Positions 10,040 through 19,459 of a stretch of 64,000 nucleotides of DNA are shown here, one piece after another. A program made the translations under genes and the position numbers. Within the stretch, counting starts at the first letter, position 1, and each line of letters begins with the position of its first letter. The stretch is taken from NCBI GenBank assembly GCA_963667845.2, contig CAXXVL010000002.1, forward strand, positions 2,048,001 through 2,112,000, written 5' to 3'. The notes below the pieces were generated by a model. That model saw only the letters and a program-made list of their open reading frames with translations. It did not search any database and was not told where the DNA came from. The stretch comes from Smithellaceae bacterium. GTDB taxonomy: Bacteria > Desulfobacterota > Syntrophia > Syntrophales > Smithellaceae.

Positions 10040-12274
10040 CTAAATGCCTGCTATTTTGACGATCTGATAAGCAACTGCACCGCCCAGGTAGGATACGACG
10101 AGCGTCATGGCGATTGTCGCGTAGAACCAGCTGTTGCTGTTCATTTCCTTGCGCAGGACGGCGATGGTTGCGGCGCAGGGAATAAAAAGCATCATCACCA
10201 CCAGAAAAGCGGCGGCCGAAGCGTGGCTCATGACGGTCGGGAGAACGACGACGAGTCCGTCGCGGCCAACGGAATACAAAACACCCAGCGTCGCCACAAC
10301 ATTTTCTTTCGCGACCAGTCCCGTGAGCAGCGCGGTGATCATTTTCCAGTCCAGCCCCAGCGGTGCGCCCAGGGGCTGAATCAATTTACCGACGCTCCCC
10401 AGGAAGCTTTCTTCCACGGCGCCTGTCGGGAAGTAAGATAAAATCCAGACAATCAGCGATACGCCAAGGATAACGGTTCCGGCTTTGCGGATAAAGGCGA
10501 CGAGCCTGGCCCAGACGACCATCAGAATGGTTTTGGCATCCGGGTGATGGTAAATCGGCAGCTCCATGATGAACGGCGCTTCCTGCTCCCGGAGGCTCTT
10601 GTTGACCACAGCGCCGGCCAGTCCCAGCACGGCGATATTGACGGCGAGAATGCTCCAGGAGACATAAGCCGCGTTTTCGCCGAAGATGGCGGCGGAAACC
10701 AGCGTCAGGACGGCCAGACGCGATGTGCAGGGAACGAAAGGAATCAGCAGCAGGGTGATCATCCGGGCCTTGCGCGTTTCGATGATGCGGGTCCCGAGCA
10801 CCGCCGGAACGTTGCATCCGAAGCCCAGGCACATCGGGATAAAGCTTTTTCCGTGCAGACCGACGAGGTGCATGATTCTGTCCATGACAAAAGCCGCGCG
10901 CGCCATATAGCCCACATCTTCCAAAACCGCCATGACGGCGAAGAAGATGAGGAGAATCGGAAGAAACGTGATCACGGAGCCCACGCCGCCGATGACGCCG
11001 TTTTGCAGCAGTCCCTGCAGCCACAATGGAAACCCCGAAAACAGGGGCTCACACCATCCGGCAAATTTCAAAACGCCTTCGTTCATCCAGTTCTGAAGGG
11101 GCACGCCGACGCGGTAAGTCAGAAAGAAAACAAACGCCATGACGGCGAGGAGAACGGGAATGCCGAAGACCGGCCGCGTCAGGATGTGATCAATTCTGTC
11201 GGTGAGCACAACCTCCCCCATCCTGAAACGGGAGACGGCCGCCCGGGTCATTTTTTCAATCCAGTCATAGCGGCCGTTGACGACGGCGTGCAGGGCGTCT
11301 TCGTGCTTGAGCAGAAGGTTGCGGATATCAGCCCAGGCTTTTTTCTCGGCCCGGTTTTCCATCAGGGTGGAAACTTCAGGATCGCCTTCCATTAATTTTA
11401 CGGCAATCCATTCCGGTGTGTAGGGCTCCTGAATGTATGGCCGCACGTGAGCGAGGATTTGTTCATAAATTTGCTGATGGTCTGCGGAGACTTTCGGCAA
11501 TTCCGGATGATAGGCGGTCTCTGAGGACGCGAGCGCCGTCACTTGTTCCACGAGTTCTTTGATGCCGTTGTTGCGTTTGGCAACCATGGGGCTGACGGGG
11601 ATGCCCAGTGAATCCTGCAGCGCTTTGGTGTCAATCTGAGTGCCCTGCGCTTCGGCAACATCGAGCATGTTTATCGCGACAACGACCGGACGGTCCAGAA
11701 GCAAAACTTCGGAAAGAAGGTAAAGGCTTCGCTCCAGGGCGGCGGCGTTTAACACCAGCACGACCAGGTCCGGTTTTTCGGTGATGATAAAATCACGGGT
11801 AACGCGCTCTTCTTCGGAAAATGCCGTCAGACTGTATGTGCCGGGCAGATCGACAATGCGGATGAGAATGTTGTCGGCGCGGTGGACGCCTTCTTTCTTT
11901 TCGACGGTTTTCCCCGGCCAGTTGCCGACGTGCTGGGACAAACCGGTCAGGATATTGAAAATGGTGGATTTGCCGACATTCGGCTGACCGACCAATGCGA
12001 CGACTATTTCTTTTTCAACGGGAGGGAGGCAGGCATCGTCGGCGTCAAGCGCCGCGGCCGTTATTTTCGCCGCTTCGCCCTGGCCCAGTGCGATCCGTGT
12101 GCCGGCGACCTGGATCACGACGAGGCCGCCGCTCATCTGGGCGATGCGAAACCTCGCGCCGGTGACAAGGCCCATGCCGGCCAGACGGCTGGTCAGGGCC
12201 GCCCCGCCGTCAATCGAATGAATGACACCCTGGTCGCCTTCCCGTAAATCTGTGATAACCACCAAGTCCTTCAT
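10040..12274 (-). CDS. feoB: Ferrous iron transporter FeoB with N-terminal fused FeoA domain
   Basis: FeoA-like N-terminus (RLAGMGL...RIALG); GQPNVGKS, VGNWPGKTVE, DLPGTYS; membrane gate domains. Confidence 0.95.
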   Translation of the reverse strand: MKDLVVITDLREGDQGVIHSIDGGAALTSRLAGMGLVTGARFRIAQMSGGLVVIQVAGTRIALGQGEAAKITAAALDADDACLPPVEKEIVVALVGQPNVGKSTIFNILTGLSQHVGNWPGKTVEKKEGVHRADNILIRIVDLPGTYSLTAFSEEERVTRDFIITEKPDLVVLVLNAAALERSLYLLSEVLLLDRPVVVAINMLDVAEAQGTQIDTKALQDSLGIPVSPMVAKRNNGIKELVEQVTALASSETAYHPELPKVSADHQQIYEQILAHVRPYIQEPYTPEWIAVKLMEGDPEVSTLMENRAEKKAWADIRNLLLKHEDALHAVVNGRYDWIEKMTRAAVSRFRMGEVVLTDRIDHILTRPVFGIPVLLAVMAFVFFLTYRVGVPLQNWMNEGVLKFAGWCEPLFSGFPLWLQGLLQNGVIGGVGSVITFLPILLIFFAVMAVLEDVGYMARAAFVMDRIMHLVGLHGKSFIPMCLGFGCNVPAVLGTRIIETRKARMITLLLIPFVPCTSRLAVLTLVSAAIFGENAAYVSWSILAVNIAVLGLAGAVVNKSLREQEAPFIMELPIYHHPDAKTILMVVWARLVAFIRKAGTVILGVSLIVWILSYFPTGAVEESFLGSVGKLIQPLGAPLGLDWKMITALLTGLVAKENVVATLGVLYSVGRDGLVVVLPTVMSHASAAAFLVVMMLFIPCAATIAVLRKEMNSNSWFYATIAMTLVVSYLGGAVAYQIVKIAGI

Positions 12275-13140
12275 TCGGCTTTAATCCTGAGACTGACGCG
12301 ATATTTTTTCAAAATCCGTTCCGGTCCGTAAGAGGCCTTTGTGCGCCGCAAATTCTTACTGCCCGTGTCTTCTTCCAGATTCAGATATTTATATTGCGAC
12401 TCCATCTGCTTTGCAGTGTCGTTGAACATGAATTCGTAAATCCCGTGATACCTTTTAGAGGCTTTCGCGAAATGAAGGCAGAAGGCCTCATCGTTGAGCA
12501 CTTCACCGATGATAAAGCCCGCCGGTTCATCGGCGATGTAATAGATCGTTCCCCAGAGCGCCAGCTCGGAGAATTTGCGCAGGGCCTCTTCGCAGACGGA
12601 AAAGTCGGTCTTGCAGGAAGCGACGGCGCATTCGTCCTGCCACTGTCGCAGGATTTTCAAGCCGTCTTGCAGCGTATCCGGGGAAAGGGACCGCCGGACG
12701 GGGTTATAGGCGCCCAGAAATTGATGCAGGTGATTGCGATGGCGGGTGTATTGTTTTCCGGCGAAGGACGCCATGTTTGCCGTCAGATAGACATAATCCG
12801 ATTCACTGTCGTCAAACGATCGGCAAAATTCCGTTTCCGGGAAGAAGGGCAGCCATTCCTCGGGGATCGGATAGAAAAAGCCGCCGCCCGAGAGCAGTTG
12901 CTTGAGCGTGTCCTTAGAGCAGTCCTGAGGATTGTCGAGCGGCATGATGTAATTCTGATTCTGATAATTATGGGCCGAGATAAACGTTCCGCAGTCCTTG
13001 GTCAAGATTTCATATCGGCAGACGTTCCGGAACAGATATACATTGGCGAAGGTGTAATCGGAAAAGAATAGATTCAACTGCCGGAAACGCTGCGAGAGAA
13101 ACGGCCGATGGGCTAGATCAATAGTTTCAATGATATCCAT
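12271..13140 (-). CDS. DUF2156 / aminoacyl-transferase GNAT-like domain protein
   Basis: SDYVY...F.GK.Y...RNH, HFAKA...GIY, LNLEEDTG..NLRRTKASY pattern; ATGA overlap with feoB. Confidence 0.8.
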   Translation of the reverse strand: MDIIETIDLAHRPFLSQRFRQLNLFFSDYTFANVYLFRNVCRYEILTKDCGTFISAHNYQNQNYIMPLDNPQDCSKDTLKQLLSGGGFFYPIPEEWLPFFPETEFCRSFDDSESDYVYLTANMASFAGKQYTRHRNHLHQFLGAYNPVRRSLSPDTLQDGLKILRQWQDECAVASCKTDFSVCEEALRKFSELALWGTIYYIADEPAGFIIGEVLNDEAFCLHFAKASKRYHGIYEFMFNDTAKQMESQYKYLNLEEDTGSKNLRRTKASYGPERILKKYRVSLRIKAE

Positions 13141-13176
13141 GGATTAGAAATTCTATATCCTTTCTTGGCTGTGGGC

Positions 13177-13863
13177 TTAAAGATTAAACTCGTGTTGATG
13201 GTCACGAAGCCAGCGACGATGTTTTTTGTAATCCGGGATCACCTCTATCACCAACGCCCAGAATTTAGAAGAATGATTTTTCTCCCGGATGTGCATCAGT
13301 TCGTGCACCACCACATAATCCACGACCGCAGGCGGCGCCATCATCAGCCGAAAACTGAAAGACAGGCGGTTCACTCCCGAACAGGAGCCCCACCGGCTTT
13401 CGGCGGATGTGATGCGTACGCTGTCCGAAGTCAACTTAAGCATGGCGCTGTAAAAATCAACCCGCCCGCTTAAGTAGGAGCGCGCTTTTTTCTTGTACCA
13501 GGAAACGAAATAATGTTTTTTCAAGTCTTCATTATCGGGGCAATTCAAGAAAAAACGGTCGTCCCAGAACATCACGCCCTCATTTTCCAGAGGCTCAAAA
13601 TAGGCTTCCAGAGGGTAGCGCTGACCCAGATAAAAGAAATGCTCACCCGAGCGATATGATTTTTCATGAGACGAAACCGGATGTGCGGCCTGTTTTTTCA
13701 TTGTCCGGTCAATCCAGGTTTGTTTTTCACGGATAAAGCGGTCGATTTCCGCAAGGGGTGTAAAACGCGGTGCAGAAATCGTGATTTTTGAGTCGGCGCC
13801 GATTTGCAGCGATATCGTCTTCCTTCTTTTGGCGCTGCGTTTCAAATGGTATTCAATATTCAT
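13177..13863 (-). CDS. YgjP/DUF45 (M48-like) metal-dependent hydrolase
   Basis: RWGSCS and DYVVVHELMHIREKNHS..FW motifs; start trimmed to MNIEY. Confidence 0.9.
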   Translation of the reverse strand: MNIEYHLKRSAKRRKTISLQIGADSKITISAPRFTPLAEIDRFIREKQTWIDRTMKKQAAHPVSSHEKSYRSGEHFFYLGQRYPLEAYFEPLENEGVMFWDDRFFLNCPDNEDLKKHYFVSWYKKKARSYLSGRVDFYSAMLKLTSDSVRITSAESRWGSCSGVNRLSFSFRLMMAPPAVVDYVVVHELMHIREKNHSSKFWALVIEVIPDYKKHRRWLRDHQHEFNL

Positions 13864-13978
13864 AAGGACCTGTGCGGACAGCATAGAATGTGCGACGGCA
13901 TGGAGTCAAGCAAAAGTGTTTTTCCTTTTGTTCAATTCCAAACAATGCTACAATTTGTCGCACAAAAGGAGGCGTGAA

Positions 13979-14884
13979 ATGAAGACAAAAAACCTTTTAT
14001 GGATGATCGCTGTCATGATGCTTTTTCCTGCATTTCACTCAAATGCTTCCGGTTGGCAGGTCAGGGACATGGGCGTCGGTATTTACGATGACGCGGCATA
14101 CGATAAAGAGCTGCGGATTGTGGAGAAGCGAAATACCTGGTCGCTTGCGGAGCTCACGGCCCGCGGCGCGCTCAAGGGCCAGGGCAAAATATTCGGCGTC
14201 TGGCTGGTCGGGCCGCCGGTCAATACCTACCTGAACAAGAACGGCGTGGCGGAGTATCTCTATAAGTATCGCTTAACCGATCCCCGGGGCACTGCGACGA
14301 TTTACGGCCCGAGTGGTTTTTACATGCCGGGCTTTACGACTATCTTTATTAATCCGGCGCTTCCCGGCAACTGGAAAGTGGATTTTATGCTCTGGTCCAG
14401 AAGCACCGAACAGGTCACGCCGATCGGTTCCATCGAATTTACCATTACGGAAAAGGATGAGGCGAAGCCCGCCCAACCCGGATGGCAGGTCAAGGATATG
14501 GGCGTCGGTATTTACGATGATGCGGCTTACGATAAGGAACTGCGGATTGTGGAGAAGCGAAATACCTGGTCGCTTACGGAGCTCACGGCCCGGGGCGCGC
14601 TGCGGGGGCAGGGCAAAATATTCGGCGTCTGGCTGGTCGGGCCGCCTGTCAATACCTATCTGAACAAGAATGGCGTGGCGGAATATCTCTACAAGTATCG
14701 CTTAACCGATCCGCGCGGCACGTCGACGATTTATGGTCCACAGGGTTTTTACATGCCGGGCTTTACAACCATCTTTATTAATCCGGGGCTTCCCGGCAAG
14801 TGGAAGGTAGATTTTATGCTGTGGCAGAGAAGCACCGAACAGGTGACGCCGATCGGCTCCATCGACTTTACAATAACGCAATAA
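13979..14884 (+). CDS. Secreted hypothetical protein made of two nearly identical 133-aa domains
   Basis: RBS AGGAGG before ATG 13979; signal peptide; repeat units start at 14051 and 14480. Confidence 0.8.
   Translation: MKTKNLLWMIAVMMLFPAFHSNASGWQVRDMGVGIYDDAAYDKELRIVEKRNTWSLAELTARGALKGQGKIFGVWLVGPPVNTYLNKNGVAEYLYKYRLTDPRGTATIYGPSGFYMPGFTTIFINPALPGNWKVDFMLWSRSTEQVTPIGSIEFTITEKDEAKPAQPGWQVKDMGVGIYDDAAYDKELRIVEKRNTWSLTELTARGALRGQGKIFGVWLVGPPVNTYLNKNGVAEYLYKYRLTDPRGTSTIYGPQGFYMPGFTTIFINPGLPGKWKVDFMLWQRSTEQVTPIGSIDFTITQ
14051..14878 (+). repeat. Intragenic direct repeat, period 429 nt
   Basis: GWQV[R/K]DMGVGIYDD...FTIT occurs twice, with 9 amino-acid differences in 133. Confidence 0.95.
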
Positions 14885-14894
14885 GGATAGAGAA

Positions 14895-15239
14895 ATGGAA
14901 CAAGGGAATAAACGGCCGTGGGGGTATTTTGAAGTTTTGTCGGATGCGCCGGATCATAAGGTGAAAAGAATTGTGGTTAACCCGGGCGGTTCTCTCAGCC
15001 TGCAGCGCCACAAAAAACGGGCGGAGCACTGGTATGCCGTCGCAGGCGTCGGCGTGGCGATCATCGACGGCAAAGCTCATGAGTTGGTGAGCGGCTGCGC
15101 GGTGGATATTCCTCTGGGTTCGACGCACCGTTTGGAAAACACGGCCGCAAGCGATCTGGTCATTATTGAGGTTCAAACGGGTACGTACTTCGGTGAAGAT
15201 GATATAGAGCGGCTGGAAGACAAATACGGACGCGTGTGA
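14895..15239 (+). CDS. Mannose-6-phosphate isomerase type II C-terminal cupin
   Basis: RPWGYF, SLSLQRH..RAEHW, HRLEN, IEVQTGTYFGEDDIERLED. Confidence 0.92.
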   Translation: MEQGNKRPWGYFEVLSDAPDHKVKRIVVNPGGSLSLQRHKKRAEHWYAVAGVGVAIIDGKAHELVSGCAVDIPLGSTHRLENTAASDLVIIEVQTGTYFGEDDIERLEDKYGRV

Positions 15240-15362
15240 CCAAGCCGCCTTTTTACGGCTACCTTTGTTGGCTGCGTCGTCGGTTTCCTCGGCGTATGTT
15301 CATATACGCCTGCGGGACCTCCTCCTTGCCGCCGCGGTATCCTGAAAAAATCGGCTTGGTCA
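15237..15362. repeat. REP/MITE-like palindromic element, copy 1
   Basis: 11-bp terminal IR TGACCAAGCCG/CGGCTTGGTCA; core 15256-15331 nearly identical to 51893-51967. Confidence 0.8.
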
Positions 15363-15411
15363 AGAGGCAATAAACAATAGGCTCAATTGGTGTTCTTAAG
15401 TAGTGCTTACC

Positions 15412-15592
15412 TTAGGCTACAGTCGAATAGGCTAAATGAAAAGCAGGTTTTTAGGCTGTAGTCTATCAGGCTTTCAGGTTATTTTGAGGGGCGCACCGCG
15501 CCCGTTTTTTTTGCTAACAGTCTAACAGTCTACAGCCTAATAGCCTACAGATTAATAGCCTACAGATTAATAATCTACAGCCTAATAGGCTA
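15412..15592. repeat. 7-8-mer tandem repeat tract (TAGGCT.../...ACAGCCTAATAGCCT) in inverted arrangement
   Basis: Repeated ctacagcctaa/aatagcct units mirrored by taggctgtag/taggctacag units around a GC hairpin, between convergent genes. Confidence 0.75.
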
Positions 15593-17332
15593 AACTCTCG
15601 CCGCCTGCCTTTTGATCGTCTTTCTTTTTGGCCCGGGCGGGTTGGCCAAAACAGTGACGGCATCTTTTTGCTTCTGCTTCTTTGCCGCGTCTTTTTCCAC
15701 GAAAATCTTTTTGCCGGTTGCCGGATCGATTCCCGTCCAATACATCATCGCAGACCAGGTGGACGGCAGCGGTGTAAAGATTTGCACCTGCTGCAGCGTC
15801 GTGTGCAATTCACGCGATGCGAATGTTTTCAGCTCCTGCATATTCTTCTCCGTACAGCCCGGATGCGCGGCAATAAAATAGTAGGTCAGGAATTGTTTGA
15901 GTCCCGTTTCCGCGTTCATCGTTTCAAAAAAATCTTTAAACCGGATCAGCGACTGCGGCGACGGTTTACCCATGAGGGACAACACGGACGGCGTCACATG
16001 TTCCGGCGCGATCTTCAACTGACCCGAGATATGATGCTTCGTAAGCTCGCGCATATAGGATGCGCCGTGTCTTTTGTCGGCCAGGAGCAGGTCATGACGG
16101 ATGCCGGAGGCGACAAATACTTTTTTGACGCCCGGGATCGTTCCCAGTTCCCGAAGCAGGCGGATCTGCCGTGAGTGATCCACTTTCAGAGACGAACAGA
16201 CGTGCGGGAAGAGACACTGTTTGTCCGGGCAGGCGCCCCGGCTTTGTTTGCGCGGACAGTCGAGGCCATACATGTTCGCGGTTGCGCCGCCGACATCGAC
16301 AAGGTAGCCTTTAAAGTCCGGGAAGGCCGCTATTCTTTTCGCTTCCGACAGAATGGATTCCTCACTGCGGCTGATAATGGTCCGGCCTTCGTGTAAAGCG
16401 ATCGAACAGAAGCTGCAGTCCCCAAAGCAGCCCCGGTGAGTGATGAGCGAGAAAGAAATGGTATCCATCGCGCGGACCGATCCCTGAGCCGCGTAAAAAG
16501 GATGGACGCGGCGTGAGAAATCCAGTGCTGAGACGGCATCCAGCTCGGGGGCGGTCAGATGCGGCTGGGGGGGATGGTGCACCAGATAGCGGTTGCCGTG
16601 CTTTTGATAGAGGCCGCAAGCGGTGAGCGGATCGTTATTGGCATAAAAAAGCTTGAACATGTCCGAGAAGGCTTTTTTGGAGTCCGCGGCATTTTCGTAG
16701 GACGGCAGTTCAAAATAGGACGACGGCGGCAGCTCGTTCTCAATGATACAGGTGCCCCGGATATTGCTGAGAGGATTTCCTTCGGCCAGCCGCTGTGCGA
16801 TTTCGACCACGGCGCGCTCGGCCATGCCGTAGGCGAGGATTTCGGCACGGGCATCAAATAGAATCGAGCGGCGGACGTCATCCGACCAGTAATCGTAATG
16901 GGCGATCCTACGGAGGCTTGCCTCAACGCCGCCCAGAACAAGCGGTTTTGTGTTTTTGAAATAACGCCGGATGAGGTTGGCATAGACAACGCAGGCACGG
17001 TCCGGGCGCCGGTCGTTTTTCCCGCCGGGGGTCAGATCGTCATCGCGCCGTCTTTTTTTTGTTGCCGTGTAATTAGCCACCATGGAATCCATGGAGCCGC
17101 CCGTGATGCCCCAGAATAGCCTGGGTTCACCAAGCCGGCCAATATCGGAATCGCTCCGGATATCCGGCTGAGCAATGATACCGACGCGATAGCCCGCATC
17201 GGCCAGTACCCGGCCGATGACGGCCACGCCGATGTGGGGGCTGTCGATGTAAGCATCTCCGGTGACCAGGATGACGTCAAGCTGGTTCCAGCCTCTTTTT
17301 TTCAGTTCGTCGGCGGTTGTTGTAAGAAACAT
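15590..17332 (-). CDS. ygiQ: YgiQ/UPF0313 family radical SAM protein
   Basis: VTGDAYIDSP N-terminus; RGCFGDCSFC cluster motif; LKIAPEH; YFIAAHPG. Confidence 0.92.
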   Translation of the reverse strand: MFLTTTADELKKRGWNQLDVILVTGDAYIDSPHIGVAVIGRVLADAGYRVGIIAQPDIRSDSDIGRLGEPRLFWGITGGSMDSMVANYTATKKRRRDDDLTPGGKNDRRPDRACVVYANLIRRYFKNTKPLVLGGVEASLRRIAHYDYWSDDVRRSILFDARAEILAYGMAERAVVEIAQRLAEGNPLSNIRGTCIIENELPPSSYFELPSYENAADSKKAFSDMFKLFYANNDPLTACGLYQKHGNRYLVHHPPQPHLTAPELDAVSALDFSRRVHPFYAAQGSVRAMDTISFSLITHRGCFGDCSFCSIALHEGRTIISRSEESILSEAKRIAAFPDFKGYLVDVGGATANMYGLDCPRKQSRGACPDKQCLFPHVCSSLKVDHSRQIRLLRELGTIPGVKKVFVASGIRHDLLLADKRHGASYMRELTKHHISGQLKIAPEHVTPSVLSLMGKPSPQSLIRFKDFFETMNAETGLKQFLTYYFIAAHPGCTEKNMQELKTFASRELHTTLQQVQIFTPLPSTWSAMMYWTGIDPATGKKIFVEKDAAKKQKQKDAVTVLANPPGPKRKTIKRQAARV

Positions 17333-17401
17333 TTCAAACGATACCGATCATGATAGGATGACTCCGTCGCTCTTCAGTCGGGCCTGTCCAGGTGATATAT
17401 G

Positions 17402-18241
17402 TTACAGGACGATTTCCATCAACTGATGAACGGCAAAACACTGCAGGGTGCTTTTCTTTTCTCTGATGATGCGATGACACGCCGCGACCATATCGTCTAT
17501 TTCATCATCTTGCCGGTCCTGGTTATGATGAAAAAGCCCCAGCTGTTTGACGCCTGCGTCCAGGGCGAGTCCGACCGCCTGCTCGATCGTGGAATGCCCC
17601 CAGCCGCGCCGCTTCGGATACTCCGCATCCCGGTATTCGGCGTCATGAATCAGCAGATCCGCTCCGCGGCTGAATTCCAGATAATCGTTATAGGCGAGAC
17701 CGCCTTCATGCTTTTGCCCCAGTTCATTATCGGTCAGGAAGACAAACGTCCTGCCCGCCTCCGAGAATTTATAGCCGGTTCCCTGGTTGGGGTGAGAAAG
17801 CGCGATAGGCGTGATCGTCATATCGCTTAGCTGATAGATGCCGTCGCACGTTTCCCCGTAGGTGACATTGGCGTGGATATCGTCATAGTTAATCGGAAAG
17901 TAAGGCGCAGACATGACGCGCGCCAGCATATCCCTGATGGAATGCTGGGCAAAAGTGCAACCCCAGATCGCGATGTCGGTACTTTGACGGTAAAGCGGTT
18001 TGAAAAAGGGGAAACCCATGATGTGGTCCCAGTGGGCATGCGTCAGGAGCAGAGTGAAGTCGTGACGGTTATCGGCAAGAAAGCCATTGCCAGCTTCGCG
18101 GATTCCCGATCCGGCATCGACCAGCAGAATATCGTCACGGCTCGTCCGAATTTCCAGACAGGTGGTGTTTCCGCCGTAACGCAAATAGTTCTTCCCCGAA
18201 ACCGGAATGGAGCCCCTAGCTCCCCAACAGCGAATAATCAT
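17402..18241 (-). CDS. MBL-fold metallo-hydrolase
   Basis: GARGSIP..YGGNTTC, THAHWDH, WGHS, LFHH motifs. Confidence 0.9.
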   Translation of the reverse strand: MIIRCWGARGSIPVSGKNYLRYGGNTTCLEIRTSRDDILLVDAGSGIREAGNGFLADNRHDFTLLLTHAHWDHIMGFPFFKPLYRQSTDIAIWGCTFAQHSIRDMLARVMSAPYFPINYDDIHANVTYGETCDGIYQLSDMTITPIALSHPNQGTGYKFSEAGRTFVFLTDNELGQKHEGGLAYNDYLEFSRGADLLIHDAEYRDAEYPKRRGWGHSTIEQAVGLALDAGVKQLGLFHHNQDRQDDEIDDMVAACHRIIREKKSTLQCFAVHQLMEIVL

Positions 18242-18631
18242 TATGCCCCTTATGCAAATGAAAATCGAATAGCGATTTCAGTGTTTAGATCTTATGAAAA
18301 ACAATAATACAGAATGAAATTAATATCAAGCGTGCTGTAAGAGCGTGTTTCTGCAAAAAAGGCAGTTCCCAAATGGGTGTGATCTGAAAGAAACCACAGG
18401 CGAGTGACGCAGCCGGGATAGCCGCGGATATCCGCCCATTGAAAAATTCCGGTCCGGAGCATGCCGGTAACCGTTTTTCCGGACATTCCAGAGATCAAGA
18501 ACTCCGCCGGAAAAAAGGCACACTAACGCCGGCCAATATAAAATCGCCCTCAATTTTATCCCGGGATTTTATAAAAGGAATCGGTATTTTCAGGATACGA
18601 AACTCTCCGTCAAACAGACAATCCCAGTATA

Positions 18632-18937
18632 CTATTCTATGTGCGATTTGGCTGTTTGGACGGCAATATCTTTATCTTTTGTAAAAAACCGCCACTCTGT
18701 CCCCGACGAGTGAGTCCCGGTTGCCTTGTCGCGCCCCCTGACATAATACCAGTGTCCAAAGCGTTCTACAGTAGAAAACGGATGCTCGGCTATAGAAAGG
18801 ACTCCATCAGGATTAATCTCCTTAAAATAAATGGTCTCATCGGGCGCTTCATCATAAGACAGACTATCAGGCAGTGTAATTTGAGATACATCAATGCCGT
18901 CTGCTTCTTCTTTATCCAACCATTCCGAAATTTTCAT
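18632..18937 (-). CDS. Hypothetical protein
   Basis: MKISEWL start preceded by GGAGA; plausible amino-acid composition. Confidence 0.6.
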   Translation of the reverse strand: MKISEWLDKEEADGIDVSQITLPDSLSYDEAPDETIYFKEINPDGVLSIAEHPFSTVERFGHWYYVRGRDKATGTHSSGTEWRFFTKDKDIAVQTAKSHIE

Positions 18938-19085
18938 TGATTTTTCTCCAGCACCGTTTGTGGGCACCTGCTTTGATATCCTGCCGTGCCTGGCCGCAAT
19001 CGTCCGCGGCATTTGATCTCCCATTCTCACTGCCGAGAGAAATGGTCGTCAGATCCGGATAGAGACGAAAATCATCTGCTTTTGC

Positions 19086-19259
19086 TTATGCCTTCAGGCG
19101 TTTTATCAAATTCCTCATAAAGGCTGCTCGTTCTTCCAGCGCCTGGAGGAACTCCTTTCTATCGGTATCCGACATTTCTCTTTCCAGATCAGGTAAATAT
19201 CTTTCGAGGATCAGCAACAGCTCTTCTTCTTCTTTAGGTGTCAGATTGATTTTTGACAT
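19086..19259 (-). CDS. Small helical hypothetical protein (57 aa)
   Basis: MSKINLTPKEEEELLLILERYLPDLEREMSDTDRKEFLQALEERAAFMRNLIKRLKA with AAGGAG RBS; below the ORF-track cutoff. Confidence 0.7.
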   Translation of the reverse strand: MSKINLTPKEEEELLLILERYLPDLEREMSDTDRKEFLQALEERAAFMRNLIKRLKA

Positions 19260-19459
19260 GACTCGTTCTCCTTTTTTCGTTTTCTAAAATATTAATAATG
19301 ATGTGCTAAAGAACAATGGGCATTAAATAGCAGTAGGATGGTAGGCGTAACCTACTAATAACGAGATGTGCCGAAGTGAGCACCGGCCTAAACCCTTGCA
19401 CAGATCATCTTCATTATACCGTGGGTTGTGCCGCGGCCACTGAGCGCCTTGAGACTCTG

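Noticed and set aside
14051..14878. Repeat pair as a diversity-generating retroelement TR/VR
   Set aside because: Differences are largely synonymous and not adenine-specific, both copies are in frame in one gene, and no reverse transcriptase is present.
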